A stretch of DNA of 64,000 nt from an archaeon (GCA_027343665.1 DAHWKL010000001.1:313294-377293), one strand, 5' to 3'; counted from the stretch's first letter, positions 9,504 to 18,815 are shown. The notes: generated by a model not told the origin, from the letters alone. Numbers and translations are program-made.

Positions 9504-9841
9504 ATCTTAAGGTGTATAACAACTTCATCAACAACAATTTTGGGTTTATGCCTCTGGCGATTGTTGACCTTTTCTTTCACTATCTCCAAGAAACCGAATC
9601 TCTCAAGAAGCTTGACATCATCAATCACTGCCTTGAAAGGTCTGTCGAGTATTTTTGTGAGATCATAGATAGATGAGGGTTCCTTATATTTCACAACATC
9701 AAGAAGTTTTGCTTTTTCCCTTGAAAGAAGTTTCCTTAATGAAGAGAGGCTCTCAAAGTCATACTTATCCTTTCCCCTTAAGAACCTGAATGTTCCCTCA
9801 GTGTCTTTTATAGTGACCTCTCTTACCCTTATTTTTACCAT
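9500..9841 (-). CDS. Winged-helix DNA-binding protein (HVO_A0114-like)
   Basis: FESLSSLRKLLS...PSSIYDLTKILDRPFKAVIDDVKLLERFGFL HTH pattern. Confidence 0.75.
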   Translation of the reverse strand: MVKIRVREVTIKDTEGTFRFLRGKDKYDFESLSSLRKLLSREKAKLLDVVKYKEPSSIYDLTKILDRPFKAVIDDVKLLERFGFLEIVKEKVNNRQRHKPKIVVDEVVIHLKI

Positions 9842-9947
9842 TTTTCAAGCCAAAAAGGTTTGGTTTATAATATATATTATTTTCAGATATATATAGTTTT
9901 CTGAATTCCTCCTTATAGAGGAAGACTTGTAACTTTCATAAAAAGAC

Positions 9948-10030
9948 ACCAAAAGCTTTATAAATAAAACCTTGAAAAAGGGGGTTTCAGGAACGAAAAC
10001 CGAAAGTTTTCCTCCAAAGCTTTTTAAAGA
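9948..10030 (+). promoter_or_regulatory. Tandem BRE/TATA promoters upstream of the S-layer gene
   Basis: CCAAAAGCTTTATAAA (~9949-9964) and CCAAAGCTTTTTAAA (~10014-10028); the same motif precedes rpl3 (CCAAAGCTTTATAAA ~56785-56799). Confidence 0.6.
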
Positions 10031-10040
10031 AAAATTTGTT

Positions 10041-10242
10041 CTCTCTATTACACTCAATTGAGGGTGGTCTTATAGGGAATAAGCCCATGCATTTGCAAGA
10101 CACGAATGCGGGCATAATGCTCTATAAGTGCTGGGAAGTTCCCCTATAGCTTTTCAGCAAAGACTTCGATTGCCTTAGGCGGTCGGGAAGGCCAAAAGCT
10201 TTCCAACCAGAGAGGTAAAAAGGAGGATAAAAGAAAAACAAA
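10041..10242 (+). promoter_or_regulatory. Structured 5' leader of S-layer mRNA with AGGAGG Shine-Dalgarno
   Basis: Several G-U-containing stems read by eye; AGGAGG at 10221-10226. Confidence 0.6.
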
Positions 10243-12558
10243 ATGAAATTAAGTTTCAAAAAGATCTCAGCAGTTCTTGGCTCAGTAATAATGGCCGGAG
10301 CGACTTTGGGACTTGCTGCTGCAGCAAATTACCCACAACCTTTCGTAACAACGAATGGTGTGGCAAATGTAGCTGTAGTATATGGTGCTAATTCACCAGG
10401 GGGAGCAGGCGGAAACGATGCTGTCCAGGCAGGTATGGTTGCAAACTCCTTAGGAACATATGTTAAGGGAGGAACAACAAATATCTCAGGTGAAAATGTT
10501 CTTCTCCAAATGCCTTCATCCTACCTACACGTAGGTAACGGAATAGATCAGGTTTTTGGAAGATCTGTAACAAAGAGCGATATGCCAACTTTGTTAGCTG
10601 ATGGCACTTACCAAGACTCTCAAAACAGTGACCACACATACACTCAAAAGATTGATGTGGCTAACTTGACTCTCCAGCAATTTGACCTTGAACAGTTTGA
10701 CTCTAATGTAACTTCAACTACTCCTTCAATAGGATTCCCATTGAGCTCTGGAGCTAATGTATTGAATTATACATTAACTTTCACAAGCCCAGTTAATGCA
10801 AGTTTGATGCAGTACACTAACCTTAACCTTATGGGTTCAAGTTATTACGTGCTTTCAGCTACTACCAGTTCATTGACACTTTTAGACTCTGCAGCAACTG
10901 CAAGTCTTAGCAATGTCGGAAGTTCAACTACATTAAATGTGGGAGGAACAACTTATGCTGTAAGTGTTGCTTATGTAGATTCAAGCAACGTAAAGCTTAC
11001 AATCAATGGTCAAACAACAGACACATTGCAAAAAGGAAGCACTTACAAATTAAATGACGGCTCTTATGTCGGTATAAAAGACATATTAGCTCAAAACTAT
11101 CAAGGCGGAGCAAGTGAAGTGGACTTTAGCATTGGTGCAGGAAAGATTATCCTGACCAGTGGACAGAATGTCCAAGTGGGCACAAATTCCGTTAGCGGAG
11201 TTACATCCACTATAGGAGTTACTAGCAACAAGATATCAAACATATCTATCCAATGGGATACAGGAGACACAGGCGCAATCACACAGAGTATGCCTTTGGC
11301 TATGCCAGCATTTGACGGTGTTAAATTAACATTTGGTGGGATGACCTATCCAAAGAGTGAAAACACAACAGTAACAAATGATGGGAATACAGCAGTCAAA
11401 GTATCAACAACTTTGGAAGGCGGTTCTGTTTCATTAGATGTCCTTGGAATAGACAAGACAACTGGGAACTTCACTACAATCGGACAAGATTCAAACAACT
11501 TGTTAGTCACGAACAATTCAGTGTACCTGAATAAGGTCCACCAGAATAGTGAGTTTGTGATTTCGGGAAACAGCGGTAAAGTCGCTGAGTCACATGTATA
11601 TAAAGTGACAAGTTTCTCAAACACAACAGAGAATGGGCTTCAAGTTATATTGACTGATGAGGCTAACACTGCAAACCAGGTTACATTGACTAACAACCAA
11701 GCTAGTTCAGTAGGAGTTAACACAGGAATAACCTTGACTCCATCTATCGACTATGCCGCAAAGAATGTAAGCTTCACAGCAGGCGGAACCGGAGCAAATT
11801 TCGCTACCCTTTACACAAATGATGGGTTAAAGATGGCTCTTCCAACTTCTGTGCATGTTAATGGTAATTCGAGCAAACCTACAGTCCAATCTTACAACCT
11901 TCAGTTCACTGAAGCTGATAAGAACGGAAATATTGCATCTGGAAACAAATTCAATATAACCGTAGGAAGTGTTGGATCAACAACAAAGCAGACTTCTGTA
12001 ACAGGAGTCAGCGGTGCAGGTAACGCAGTAGAGGTAGGGAACACAAACGTGTATGATTACACAGTAGCTTCTCCACTTGCAACTGCTATATCCTACAACC
12101 AGGGACCAACACAGGAAACTGCTGCATTGGTATACCACGGCGGTGAATCTTATGGCCAGCTTTACTTAGCATCTCCAAGTGCAACCATCTCAGGTGGTAG
12201 CGCATTAGGAAATGTTTTAGTAACTGACAGTGAAGTTTCATCCGTTTCAGGAAAAGACTTAGTGATTGTTGGTGGTAGCTGTATTAACTCAGCTGCTGCA
12301 ACTGCATTAGGTGTTCCTTACGGAACTTGTGGCGATGCTTTCACAGCTGCTACAGGTGTTGGATCAGGACAATTCCTTATAAAGGGAGTTAGCGGAGTAC
12401 TAAGTGCTCCATTAGCTTTAGTTGTCGCTGGTTATGATGCTGCTGACACAGTTAACGCTGTAACTTACTTGACTCATAACACTGTTGATACTTCAAGTAC
12501 CTACAAAGGAACTTCAGGTACACAGGCAACGATGCAAGTAGCTAACAGCTCTGCTTAA
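10243..12558 (+). CDS. S-layer protein (Methanococcales/Thermococcales-type S_layer_N/C)
   Basis: MKLSFKKISAVLGS...YPQPFV...VVYGA N-terminus; LVIVGGSCINS and VAGYDAADT C-terminal motifs. Confidence 0.88.
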   Translation: MKLSFKKISAVLGSVIMAGATLGLAAAANYPQPFVTTNGVANVAVVYGANSPGGAGGNDAVQAGMVANSLGTYVKGGTTNISGENVLLQMPSSYLHVGNGIDQVFGRSVTKSDMPTLLADGTYQDSQNSDHTYTQKIDVANLTLQQFDLEQFDSNVTSTTPSIGFPLSSGANVLNYTLTFTSPVNASLMQYTNLNLMGSSYYVLSATTSSLTLLDSAATASLSNVGSSTTLNVGGTTYAVSVAYVDSSNVKLTINGQTTDTLQKGSTYKLNDGSYVGIKDILAQNYQGGASEVDFSIGAGKIILTSGQNVQVGTNSVSGVTSTIGVTSNKISNISIQWDTGDTGAITQSMPLAMPAFDGVKLTFGGMTYPKSENTTVTNDGNTAVKVSTTLEGGSVSLDVLGIDKTTGNFTTIGQDSNNLLVTNNSVYLNKVHQNSEFVISGNSGKVAESHVYKVTSFSNTTENGLQVILTDEANTANQVTLTNNQASSVGVNTGITLTPSIDYAAKNVSFTAGGTGANFATLYTNDGLKMALPTSVHVNGNSSKPTVQSYNLQFTEADKNGNIASGNKFNITVGSVGSTTKQTSVTGVSGAGNAVEVGNTNVYDYTVASPLATAISYNQGPTQETAALVYHGGESYGQLYLASPSATISGGSALGNVLVTDSEVSSVSGKDLVIVGGSCINSAAATALGVPYGTCGDAFTAATGVGSGQFLIKGVSGVLSAPLALVVAGYDAADTVNAVTYLTHNTVDTSSTYKGTSGTQATMQVANSSA

Positions 12559-12567
12559 AGCCAAAAA

Positions 12568-12603
12568 GTTTATTTTTTATTTTTTTCTTTTTCTTTTTTT
12601 CTT
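12568..12603 (+). terminator. Oligo(T) archaeal terminator of the S-layer gene
   Basis: Long T-rich run directly after the stop codon. Confidence 0.7.
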
Positions 12604-12658
12604 CAGGTCTGGTCGGAAGACTAGATTACAAGAGATTTGCTCTTTGTATAGTTGGACA

Positions 12659-12679
12659 GATTTTTCCGACGGAAAAATC
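12659..12679. repeat. Perfect 21-bp palindrome GATTTTTCCG-A-CGGAAAAATC; near copy at 41542-41560
   Basis: Read directly; 12662-12680 and 41542-41560 match at 18 of 19 nt. Confidence 0.75.
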
Positions 12680-12728
12680 AAACGGGAAATCCGCAACACT
12701 TTTATACCCGATTTCCTCTCTATAAAGC

Positions 12729-13331
12729 ATGATAAAAAAAATAGAATCAAAAGCTGACAAGGAAAAAAAGGAGAAAAGAAACCAGCTAGTTCTTGCAGGA
12801 ATCCTTATAGTAGTAATGCTTTTTTCGATATTCGGAATAGTATTTCAGTATATAGGGGGATCAGGCGGAACAACAAGCTCACAGAATCCGACAATAAATT
12901 ATAAAGGACTGACTTTCCAGGAATCCAACGGTTATTATGTCCTGCAGTCCGGAAGTTCATCTTTTTATTTTTCAGTAAATCCGCAGTTCGCCGGGAATGC
13001 CACAGATAATATATTCATAAACAAAACACTTGCGGATTATTCTGGGCAGGTCGTTTATGTCTCCTCCCCTTATGATTATAATTCATACAACGAGATATAT
13101 AATGACTTATCTAACTATACTTTAAGGGTGCAGGGAGCATGCGCTGTGAATGAAACCTGCCTCGATAAAACACTCCCGACAAAAGACTGCACAAGTAATT
13201 TGATAGTAATCAAGAATGCAACGATGAACCAAATTTATCAAAAAGGAAATTGCATTTACATAGAAGGAAACACCAATGACCTGCTTAATCTCACTGATGA
13301 GTTCCTTCTTCATATATTAGGGATAAACTAA
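12729..13331 (+). CDS. Membrane-anchored hypothetical protein
   Basis: Basic N-terminus, one TM helix, Cys-containing extracellular domain. Confidence 0.75.
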   Translation: MIKKIESKADKEKKEKRNQLVLAGILIVVMLFSIFGIVFQYIGGSGGTTSSQNPTINYKGLTFQESNGYYVLQSGSSSFYFSVNPQFAGNATDNIFINKTLADYSGQVVYVSSPYDYNSYNEIYNDLSNYTLRVQGACAVNETCLDKTLPTKDCTSNLIVIKNATMNQIYQKGNCIYIEGNTNDLLNLTDEFLLHILGIN

Positions 13332-13343
13332 AAAACAAGAAAA

Positions 13344-13985
13344 ATGCCAAAAGAAGAGAAAGAGGATAATGGAAAAAAAGTAAGGGAAGAATCCAAAAGA
13401 GAAAATAAAATCTTGATGATAACCTTAATAGTGATAGGTATAATCATTGTTGCAGGGATAGTCTATTTCATATCAGCAGGCAAGGAACAGACAAGTTTCA
13501 ATTATGAAGGGATCAATTTTACAATAGAAAAAATCGGAAACCTGACTTTTTATGACACTGCAACACTTGCAACCTCTGCGGCCGGAACACCCTTCGGATT
13601 CAGGATAAGAACAAATCCTAATGAACTCAAAAATGTCCCCTTCTATGGCTCTGAAAATTTCAATTTTACCGCCTTCAACCTTTATAAGTTTGATAATGGA
13701 ACATTCAGCTGCAAAGGATATGGTGCTATATCAATTGCGAATCTTTACAGGACAATCACAGAGATGGGAATGCAATTCGTGAATGATCAGAATGCGACAT
13801 GCGATTCGCAAGGAAAGTACAATTTCTTCCTTCTCAAATACGGAAACGAAACGCAAGTCAAGCAGATAGGATACAATTGTTATGAACTCGAAATAAAAGG
13901 AAATGATTCTGAATGTGAGATACTTCCTGCGACTGAAAAGTTAATGGTGGATATGTATGCAAAATACATAAATTTATCAAGATAA
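13344..13985 (+). CDS. Membrane-anchored hypothetical protein, architecture similar to the upstream gene
   Basis: Charged N-terminus, TM helix, YxGxxF motif, NCxxxxG near C-terminus in both proteins. Confidence 0.75.
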   Translation: MPKEEKEDNGKKVREESKRENKILMITLIVIGIIIVAGIVYFISAGKEQTSFNYEGINFTIEKIGNLTFYDTATLATSAAGTPFGFRIRTNPNELKNVPFYGSENFNFTAFNLYKFDNGTFSCKGYGAISIANLYRTITEMGMQFVNDQNATCDSQGKYNFFLLKYGNETQVKQIGYNCYELEIKGNDSECEILPATEKLMVDMYAKYINLSR

Positions 13986-13986
13986 A

Positions 13987-14463
13987 ATGAACCCCCTTGT
14001 ACTTGCGATAATACTCACAATAGTCCCGGTGATTGAACTAAGAGGAGGTCTGCCTGTTGCTTTAATCAACGCTTCAAAAGAGGGAGTCTCGCAGGGATTG
14101 GTCTTTCTGATAATAGTATCTTTAAATATTCTTATGATTTTTGCAGCTTTTTTCTTTCTTGATTATCTTCACAAATTTTTCCTCAACCTGAAAACATACA
14201 AAAAATTCTATGAGTTCACATTAAGGAAAATGCAGAAAAAGATTGACCATTTTGAAAAATCACATGACTCAATAGGCCTTTGGGCATTGTTTCTTTTTGT
14301 TGCAGTTCCACTTCCACTTACTGGAGCCTATTCGGGTGTCCTTTTATCATGGCTCTTCAATCTTCCGCGAAAAAAGAGCATAATTGCAATAGCCTGTGGA
14401 GTCCTTGTGGCAGGAATAATCGTCTATATCGGAACAATAGGGGTTACTTCTTTTTTAGGCTAG
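13987..14463 (+). CDS. Putative small multi-drug export protein (COG2426-like)
   Basis: PVIELRGGLP and FVAVPLPLTGAYSG motifs. Confidence 0.85.
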   Translation: MNPLVLAIILTIVPVIELRGGLPVALINASKEGVSQGLVFLIIVSLNILMIFAAFFFLDYLHKFFLNLKTYKKFYEFTLRKMQKKIDHFEKSHDSIGLWALFLFVAVPLPLTGAYSGVLLSWLFNLPRKKSIIAIACGVLVAGIIVYIGTIGVTSFLG

Positions 14464-14980
14464 ACTTGCCATATATATATTTTATATCCGAATAAACAGG
14501 AATAGATCTTATCTTGAAAGCGACGACTTCATAGAACCAGATTCCTACAACAAGAATTGTGCTTCCTGCATACCAAAGGATTTCATGTGTAAGCTCAAAA
14601 AGAGAAGAATTGTTAACAAACATAATACCAAGTATCACAATCCTAATTATGTTTACAACAAGGAAGATCAGGAAGGAAAGGATTATCATTTTAACCCTTT
14701 TATACAATTTTATATCCGGCGTGGACAGATTAAGGATAAGCAAAAGGTAATATGCAGAACCTGCAACACAAGCACCGATTATATCAAGGTTCTTCGCCCC
14801 GATGAAGATTGTATTTCCGGAAACTATCGGATTGAAGAAGATTTCCAAAATATAAAGAACGGGATATTTCGTCAAAGGAAGAAAAAGATCATAAAAAAGT
14901 GCAAGACCGGGAATTACGACAGCAATGAGGATTATATATCTCAAAAATATGCCCAGAACTTTTTTTGAGTCATCTTTCAT
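14444..14980 (-). CDS. Archaeosortase/exosortase family protein (pacearchaeosortase-like)
   Basis: Multi-TM; Cys-Arg-His triad pattern GACVAG / NIIRI / LTHEILW. Confidence 0.82.
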   Translation of the reverse strand: MKDDSKKVLGIFLRYIILIAVVIPGLALFYDLFLPLTKYPVLYILEIFFNPIVSGNTIFIGAKNLDIIGACVAGSAYYLLLILNLSTPDIKLYKRVKMIILSFLIFLVVNIIRIVILGIMFVNNSSLFELTHEILWYAGSTILVVGIWFYEVVAFKIRSIPVYSDIKYIYGKSSLKKK

Positions 14981-15030
14981 AATTATATATGAAAAAGGTC
15001 ATTTATATAATTTAAGTTCCTGGGAAAAAT

Positions 15031-16674
15031 TTACCTTCTTCTTAAAATCTTTACCGCAACAAAGATTATTGCCACAAGGAGTATTATATTAAGAGCAACT
15101 ATTCCGACTAACTCCCAATTCACATTTGAACCTAAATTATTCCAGAAAGACCCCTGAGCAACATTTAATGAAACTTGTTTTTGAGAAACAATTTGCCCGT
15201 TAGATGTTATTATAAGATTAAAATTCTGTGCTCCCTGCACACTTGGATTTATAGCAAAGGTCATATAAAGATCTTTGGTAGATGATGGACTCAAGGTAAA
15301 TGTGCTGTCACTCATGTTTACAAGATTAGCCCATGAATTATACCCATTAGGAGCAAGAACAAAAGTTGCAGTTTGAGTGTCATTGTTTGTTACATAAGCT
15401 TGGATAGTAACTTCTTTACCAGCTTGTGCTTCACCAGATACTATTGTTGCACCGACGATAGGTGGGTTTATTGAACAACCTCCTGAAACATTCAGATAAA
15501 CTGTTTTCACAGCCTGATCGTTGTTGCTGCTCTCATAAAGATTGTTGTTATCATCATAAACGCTAAGCTGTATTCCGTAAATCTGCTGGTGAGCGTTTTT
15601 TGGAATCACGAAATTAGCTGAGAAATCCTGAGAACTAAAAGCACTTATGCTTCCAAGTTTTATAATCTGATTCAAACCTAATTTCTGATTATAAATAACA
15701 ACATAAGAACCACTTGGCTGATCATTACTCCCAATATTATAGATAGTTCCTGCAAGATTCACATTTGAACTGCATGAAACAGATCCATTTAGGGTATCTC
15801 CATTTTGAAGAATATTTCCATTCATAGTCACCTCGGAAGGCACCATGAAATCATCGCCAGTTTCAACATAGCCATCTCCGCTAACTGAAGAACATGTCTG
15901 ATTGCCATCATAGATTGAATTGACAGAGGTATCCCTTATTGTTCCGGTTGCTTTGACATAAAGCACAACATTTCCTCCCGAATTATCAATCCTATTCATC
16001 CCGTTATTGAGTGGGAAGTTTATGCTTACAGTTTTATCATTCCCTGAATTAAGGCTGAAAGTGTTCAGAGTTCCGCTATCTATTTTATTGCCATCAGTAG
16101 TATAAAGAGCCCACTGAACTTTTACATTTCTCAGATCATAATTTCCATTATTTTCAATATCTACCTTTGCAGTTATATTGTCTAAAAGGTACCATGTACT
16201 TGAATCCCCATAGCCACTTGTTATACTGAAATCCGGAGAATCAACACGAAGAATATTAACAACATTAGGTGTTCCTTGGCAGAAATTCGTGTTCTTGAAA
16301 TAGATTGTTCCGTAACTTACCCCATTCACCTTCAATGTTGTGGAATAAGAACTTGAATCAAGGAAGTTAAAATACCCATTTGGGTCTGAGACGCTATAAT
16401 TTACAGAAACCGACTTTGAAGATTTATTAAGAGAAAATGAATCGTTTGAAACCGTAAAACTGACAACACCAGTAGTGCCTTGTCCAGAAGTTATCTGGGG
16501 GATGGAGAGATTTACACTCTCACTTGTATTGCTTGAAATAGTTATTGTAAATTGCCCGCTTGATCCTGTGATTTGACTTGGAACTCCTGTTACTGTCAGA
16601 GTCGCACTTGCAAAGCTCATTAAAAACAAACTAGCAAAAACGAGCGCAAAGATTATACCTGTCTTCTTTTCCAT
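15031..16674 (-). CDS. Surface glycoprotein with C-terminal TM plus basic tail (likely archaeosortase substrate)
   Basis: Signal peptide, Ig/CARDB-like repeats, C-terminus NWELVGIVALNIILLVAIIFVAVKILRRR; directly upstream of the sortase gene. Confidence 0.8.
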   Translation of the reverse strand: MEKKTGIIFALVFASLFLMSFASATLTVTGVPSQITGSSGQFTITISSNTSESVNLSIPQITSGQGTTGVVSFTVSNDSFSLNKSSKSVSVNYSVSDPNGYFNFLDSSSYSTTLKVNGVSYGTIYFKNTNFCQGTPNVVNILRVDSPDFSITSGYGDSSTWYLLDNITAKVDIENNGNYDLRNVKVQWALYTTDGNKIDSGTLNTFSLNSGNDKTVSINFPLNNGMNRIDNSGGNVVLYVKATGTIRDTSVNSIYDGNQTCSSVSGDGYVETGDDFMVPSEVTMNGNILQNGDTLNGSVSCSSNVNLAGTIYNIGSNDQPSGSYVVIYNQKLGLNQIIKLGSISAFSSQDFSANFVIPKNAHQQIYGIQLSVYDDNNNLYESSNNDQAVKTVYLNVSGGCSINPPIVGATIVSGEAQAGKEVTIQAYVTNNDTQTATFVLAPNGYNSWANLVNMSDSTFTLSPSSTKDLYMTFAINPSVQGAQNFNLIITSNGQIVSQKQVSLNVAQGSFWNNLGSNVNWELVGIVALNIILLVAIIFVAVKILRRR

Positions 16675-16781
16675 TTTACCATTTCAGAGTTACGTCCCTT
16701 TATAAATTTTTGTATTTTCAAAAACATGCATTCTTCCGGCTCCCTGAAAAAATTTATAAATTTTTCGCACCCTATTGTTAT

Positions 16782-17174
16782 ATGGTGTTAAAATCAAAGG
16801 AAAATTCCGTCGGAGCATGGCTATTCCTTCTTGGAGTTGTTATTGCAATATCTATAGGCGTCGTTACCACCTTCTTCCTGCCTCTTGCAAGAATAAACCA
16901 ATACAGTTCTTCAATTTACGGCTTATTGGTCCTCCTCGGGCTTATAGTCGGATTTAGTCTAAACGTGTCAGGCAAAGATTCACAGACATTTTTGCTGATA
17001 GGTGCAGTCCTTGTGATAGTAAGCAGATTCGGTATGGAAAGTGTAACCGGCTCACTTATAGGAATAGGTATAGGAGATGCAGTCGCATCAACATTCTCAG
17101 CACTTCTCACTTTATTTGTCCCGGCAACAATAGTCGTTGCAATAAAAACAGTTTTTTCAATGACAAGAGTCTAA
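16782..17174 (+). CDS. Small multi-pass membrane protein
   Basis: ATG at 16782 about 25 nt after TTTATAAA; about four hydrophobic helices. Confidence 0.75.
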   Translation: MVLKSKENSVGAWLFLLGVVIAISIGVVTTFFLPLARINQYSSSIYGLLVLLGLIVGFSLNVSGKDSQTFLLIGAVLVIVSRFGMESVTGSLIGIGIGDAVASTFSALLTLFVPATIVVAIKTVFSMTRV

Positions 17175-17810
17175 ATCAGTATTCCCTTTTTGAATCCTTT
17201 CAAGAATTTCAAGATTGAGTATACTTCCATCTGTCAAGTCCATCCTTGGACAAGCCGTATTGATCCAGCAATCAATCTGAAAATTTTCAAATTCGTTTAT
17301 ATTAAGATCATTTGCTATAAACAGATAACTCTTCTTATTTTTCAGCATCCTGTGAAAATCAATCGCACTCTTCAGCCTTTGCTGACCGGGTTTATTCGTT
17401 ACAAGAATCCCTACTTTTTTTGATTTTAGGAATTTCATATACATAGCATATTCTTTTTTCTCCATCGCTTCAACATCTTTTTGAGAGATCTTCTCTATTG
17501 AACCGTCCTCTAAGATATAAGTAGGAAGTTTTGATTCATAAGCGAGGGAAACCGAATGGAACTTTCCCTGCCCGACAATAAGTATGGCTTCGACTTCTTT
17601 AGGAAATTTTGGTCTTGAACAGCCAAGGACTTGGCTTCTATGTACCACTCTTTTGCCTAAAATGCCCTCAAGTTTTTTTGCGATATCAATAAACTGGTTT
17701 GAATAACATATGGACAGATTTCTTTCCGGAATCTTCTCATTCACAAGATCCTTTACTTCTTCATAATCAGGTTCTTTCTTTATTTTAGCTGATACAAAAA
17801 TAGTTTTCAT
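17157..17810 (-). CDS. dph2: Diphthamide biosynthesis Dph2-like protein (short form)
   Basis: QVLGC, GxGxFH, KPGQ, NTACPR motifs. Confidence 0.85.
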   Translation of the reverse strand: MKTIFVSAKIKKEPDYEEVKDLVNEKIPERNLSICYSNQFIDIAKKLEGILGKRVVHRSQVLGCSRPKFPKEVEAILIVGQGKFHSVSLAYESKLPTYILEDGSIEKISQKDVEAMEKKEYAMYMKFLKSKKVGILVTNKPGQQRLKSAIDFHRMLKNKKSYLFIANDLNINEFENFQIDCWINTACPRMDLTDGSILNLEILERIQKGNTDLDSCH

Positions 17811-17854
17811 ATTCCAACAAGAAAATCATGTTTTAAAAAGATTGGCAATTAAGC

Positions 17855-18250
17855 TTAAAAATCTTCAAGACCTTTTTTCTCTTCAGGCTTACCTGACTTC
17901 CCAACGTGCTTTTCTATTTTTGCAAATGAAGGAGTCACAACAACAATATTCTCACCAAAGCCTGCAATTGTACCTTCAAGGGCATCAGCGGTCTTTTTTA
18001 TCTTTGAAATTGCCCTTTTGAGTTCTATTGGATCTTTCTTTTTCAAAATTCTGATATCTATAACTGCAATTGTATAACCCTCTCTCAATGCATTAAGAAC
18101 ATTGGTTGAATCATCATAATCATTCAGGTTGAAAAGTTTTACAACGACCTTATTCTCTTTTTTTTCCTGACTCAAATCAATCTCAAGATACTCATCACCA
18201 ACAGAATCGTCGCTTCCCTTGAAAGCTTTTTTGAATTTTTCGAACACCAT
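17855..18250 (-). CDS. sepF: Cell division protein SepF
   Basis: LREGYTIAVIDI...ELKRAISKIKK...GTIAG...VVVTP. Confidence 0.88.
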   Translation of the reverse strand: MVFEKFKKAFKGSDDSVGDEYLEIDLSQEKKENKVVVKLFNLNDYDDSTNVLNALREGYTIAVIDIRILKKKDPIELKRAISKIKKTADALEGTIAGFGENIVVVTPSFAKIEKHVGKSGKPEEKKGLEDF

Positions 18251-18326
18251 GATAAATTTAGATTTAATCTGTTTATAAAGATTTCGGGGTTTTGCTGTAA
18301 TGATTTTTATGAATACAAAAAAAATT

Positions 18327-18650
18327 TTATTTTTTGTTTTTTGATTCTTTTATTAGTTCGTCCCTTGCTTTTTTGAATTCAATGGACATTTTCTCCTCTT
18401 CAGCCTCGAGCCTTTCAAGACTCGAATTGATTATCTTCTGCTTATTCGCAAGCTCTTCTTTTATCTTCTCTCTCTTCACTTTTATCATTAATTGCCCAAC
18501 AAGCTTGTAAACATCATCTTTAGAATTTTCAATCTCTTTCAATGCAGAAAGAGTTTCATCCATCTCCATCTGGAAAGCCTGTTTTTGCATCAGAATAGAC
18601 TGAAGATTTTCCTGAAGAATCTGCATTTTTTGTATTTTATCTTTTTCCAT
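18327..18650 (-). CDS. pfdB: Prefoldin beta subunit
   Basis: Coiled coil with VYKLVGQLMIK hairpin; conserved position after rpoP. Confidence 0.92.
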   Translation of the reverse strand: MEKDKIQKMQILQENLQSILMQKQAFQMEMDETLSALKEIENSKDDVYKLVGQLMIKVKREKIKEELANKQKIINSSLERLEAEEEKMSIEFKKARDELIKESKNKK

Positions 18651-18672
18651 CTTGAAAATTGTCAGACCAGGC

Positions 18673-18810
18673 TCACTCAGCCTTGATGACTTTCACTTTT
18701 CTTCGCGGTTTGAAAAAAATCTTTGAATCACAGTGAGGACACTTGAACCTTTTTTTCAATTCATCGCTTTTTATCTCATTCCCGCATTTGAAACATTTAT
18801 AATCTGCCAT
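18673..18810 (-). CDS. rpoP: RNA polymerase subunit P (Rpo12)
   Basis: Not in ORF track; translated by hand: MADYKCFKCG...KCPHCDSKIFFKPR, between L37ae and prefoldin. Confidence 0.92.
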   Translation of the reverse strand: MADYKCFKCGNEIKSDELKKRFKCPHCDSKIFFKPRRKVKVIKAE

Positions 18811-18815
18811 TTTGA

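Noticed and set aside
9845..10057. 70-aa minus-strand ORF upstream of the HTH gene as a toxin partner
   Set aside because: Overlaps the S-layer promoter region, has a non-ATG start and low-complexity composition, with no toxin motif
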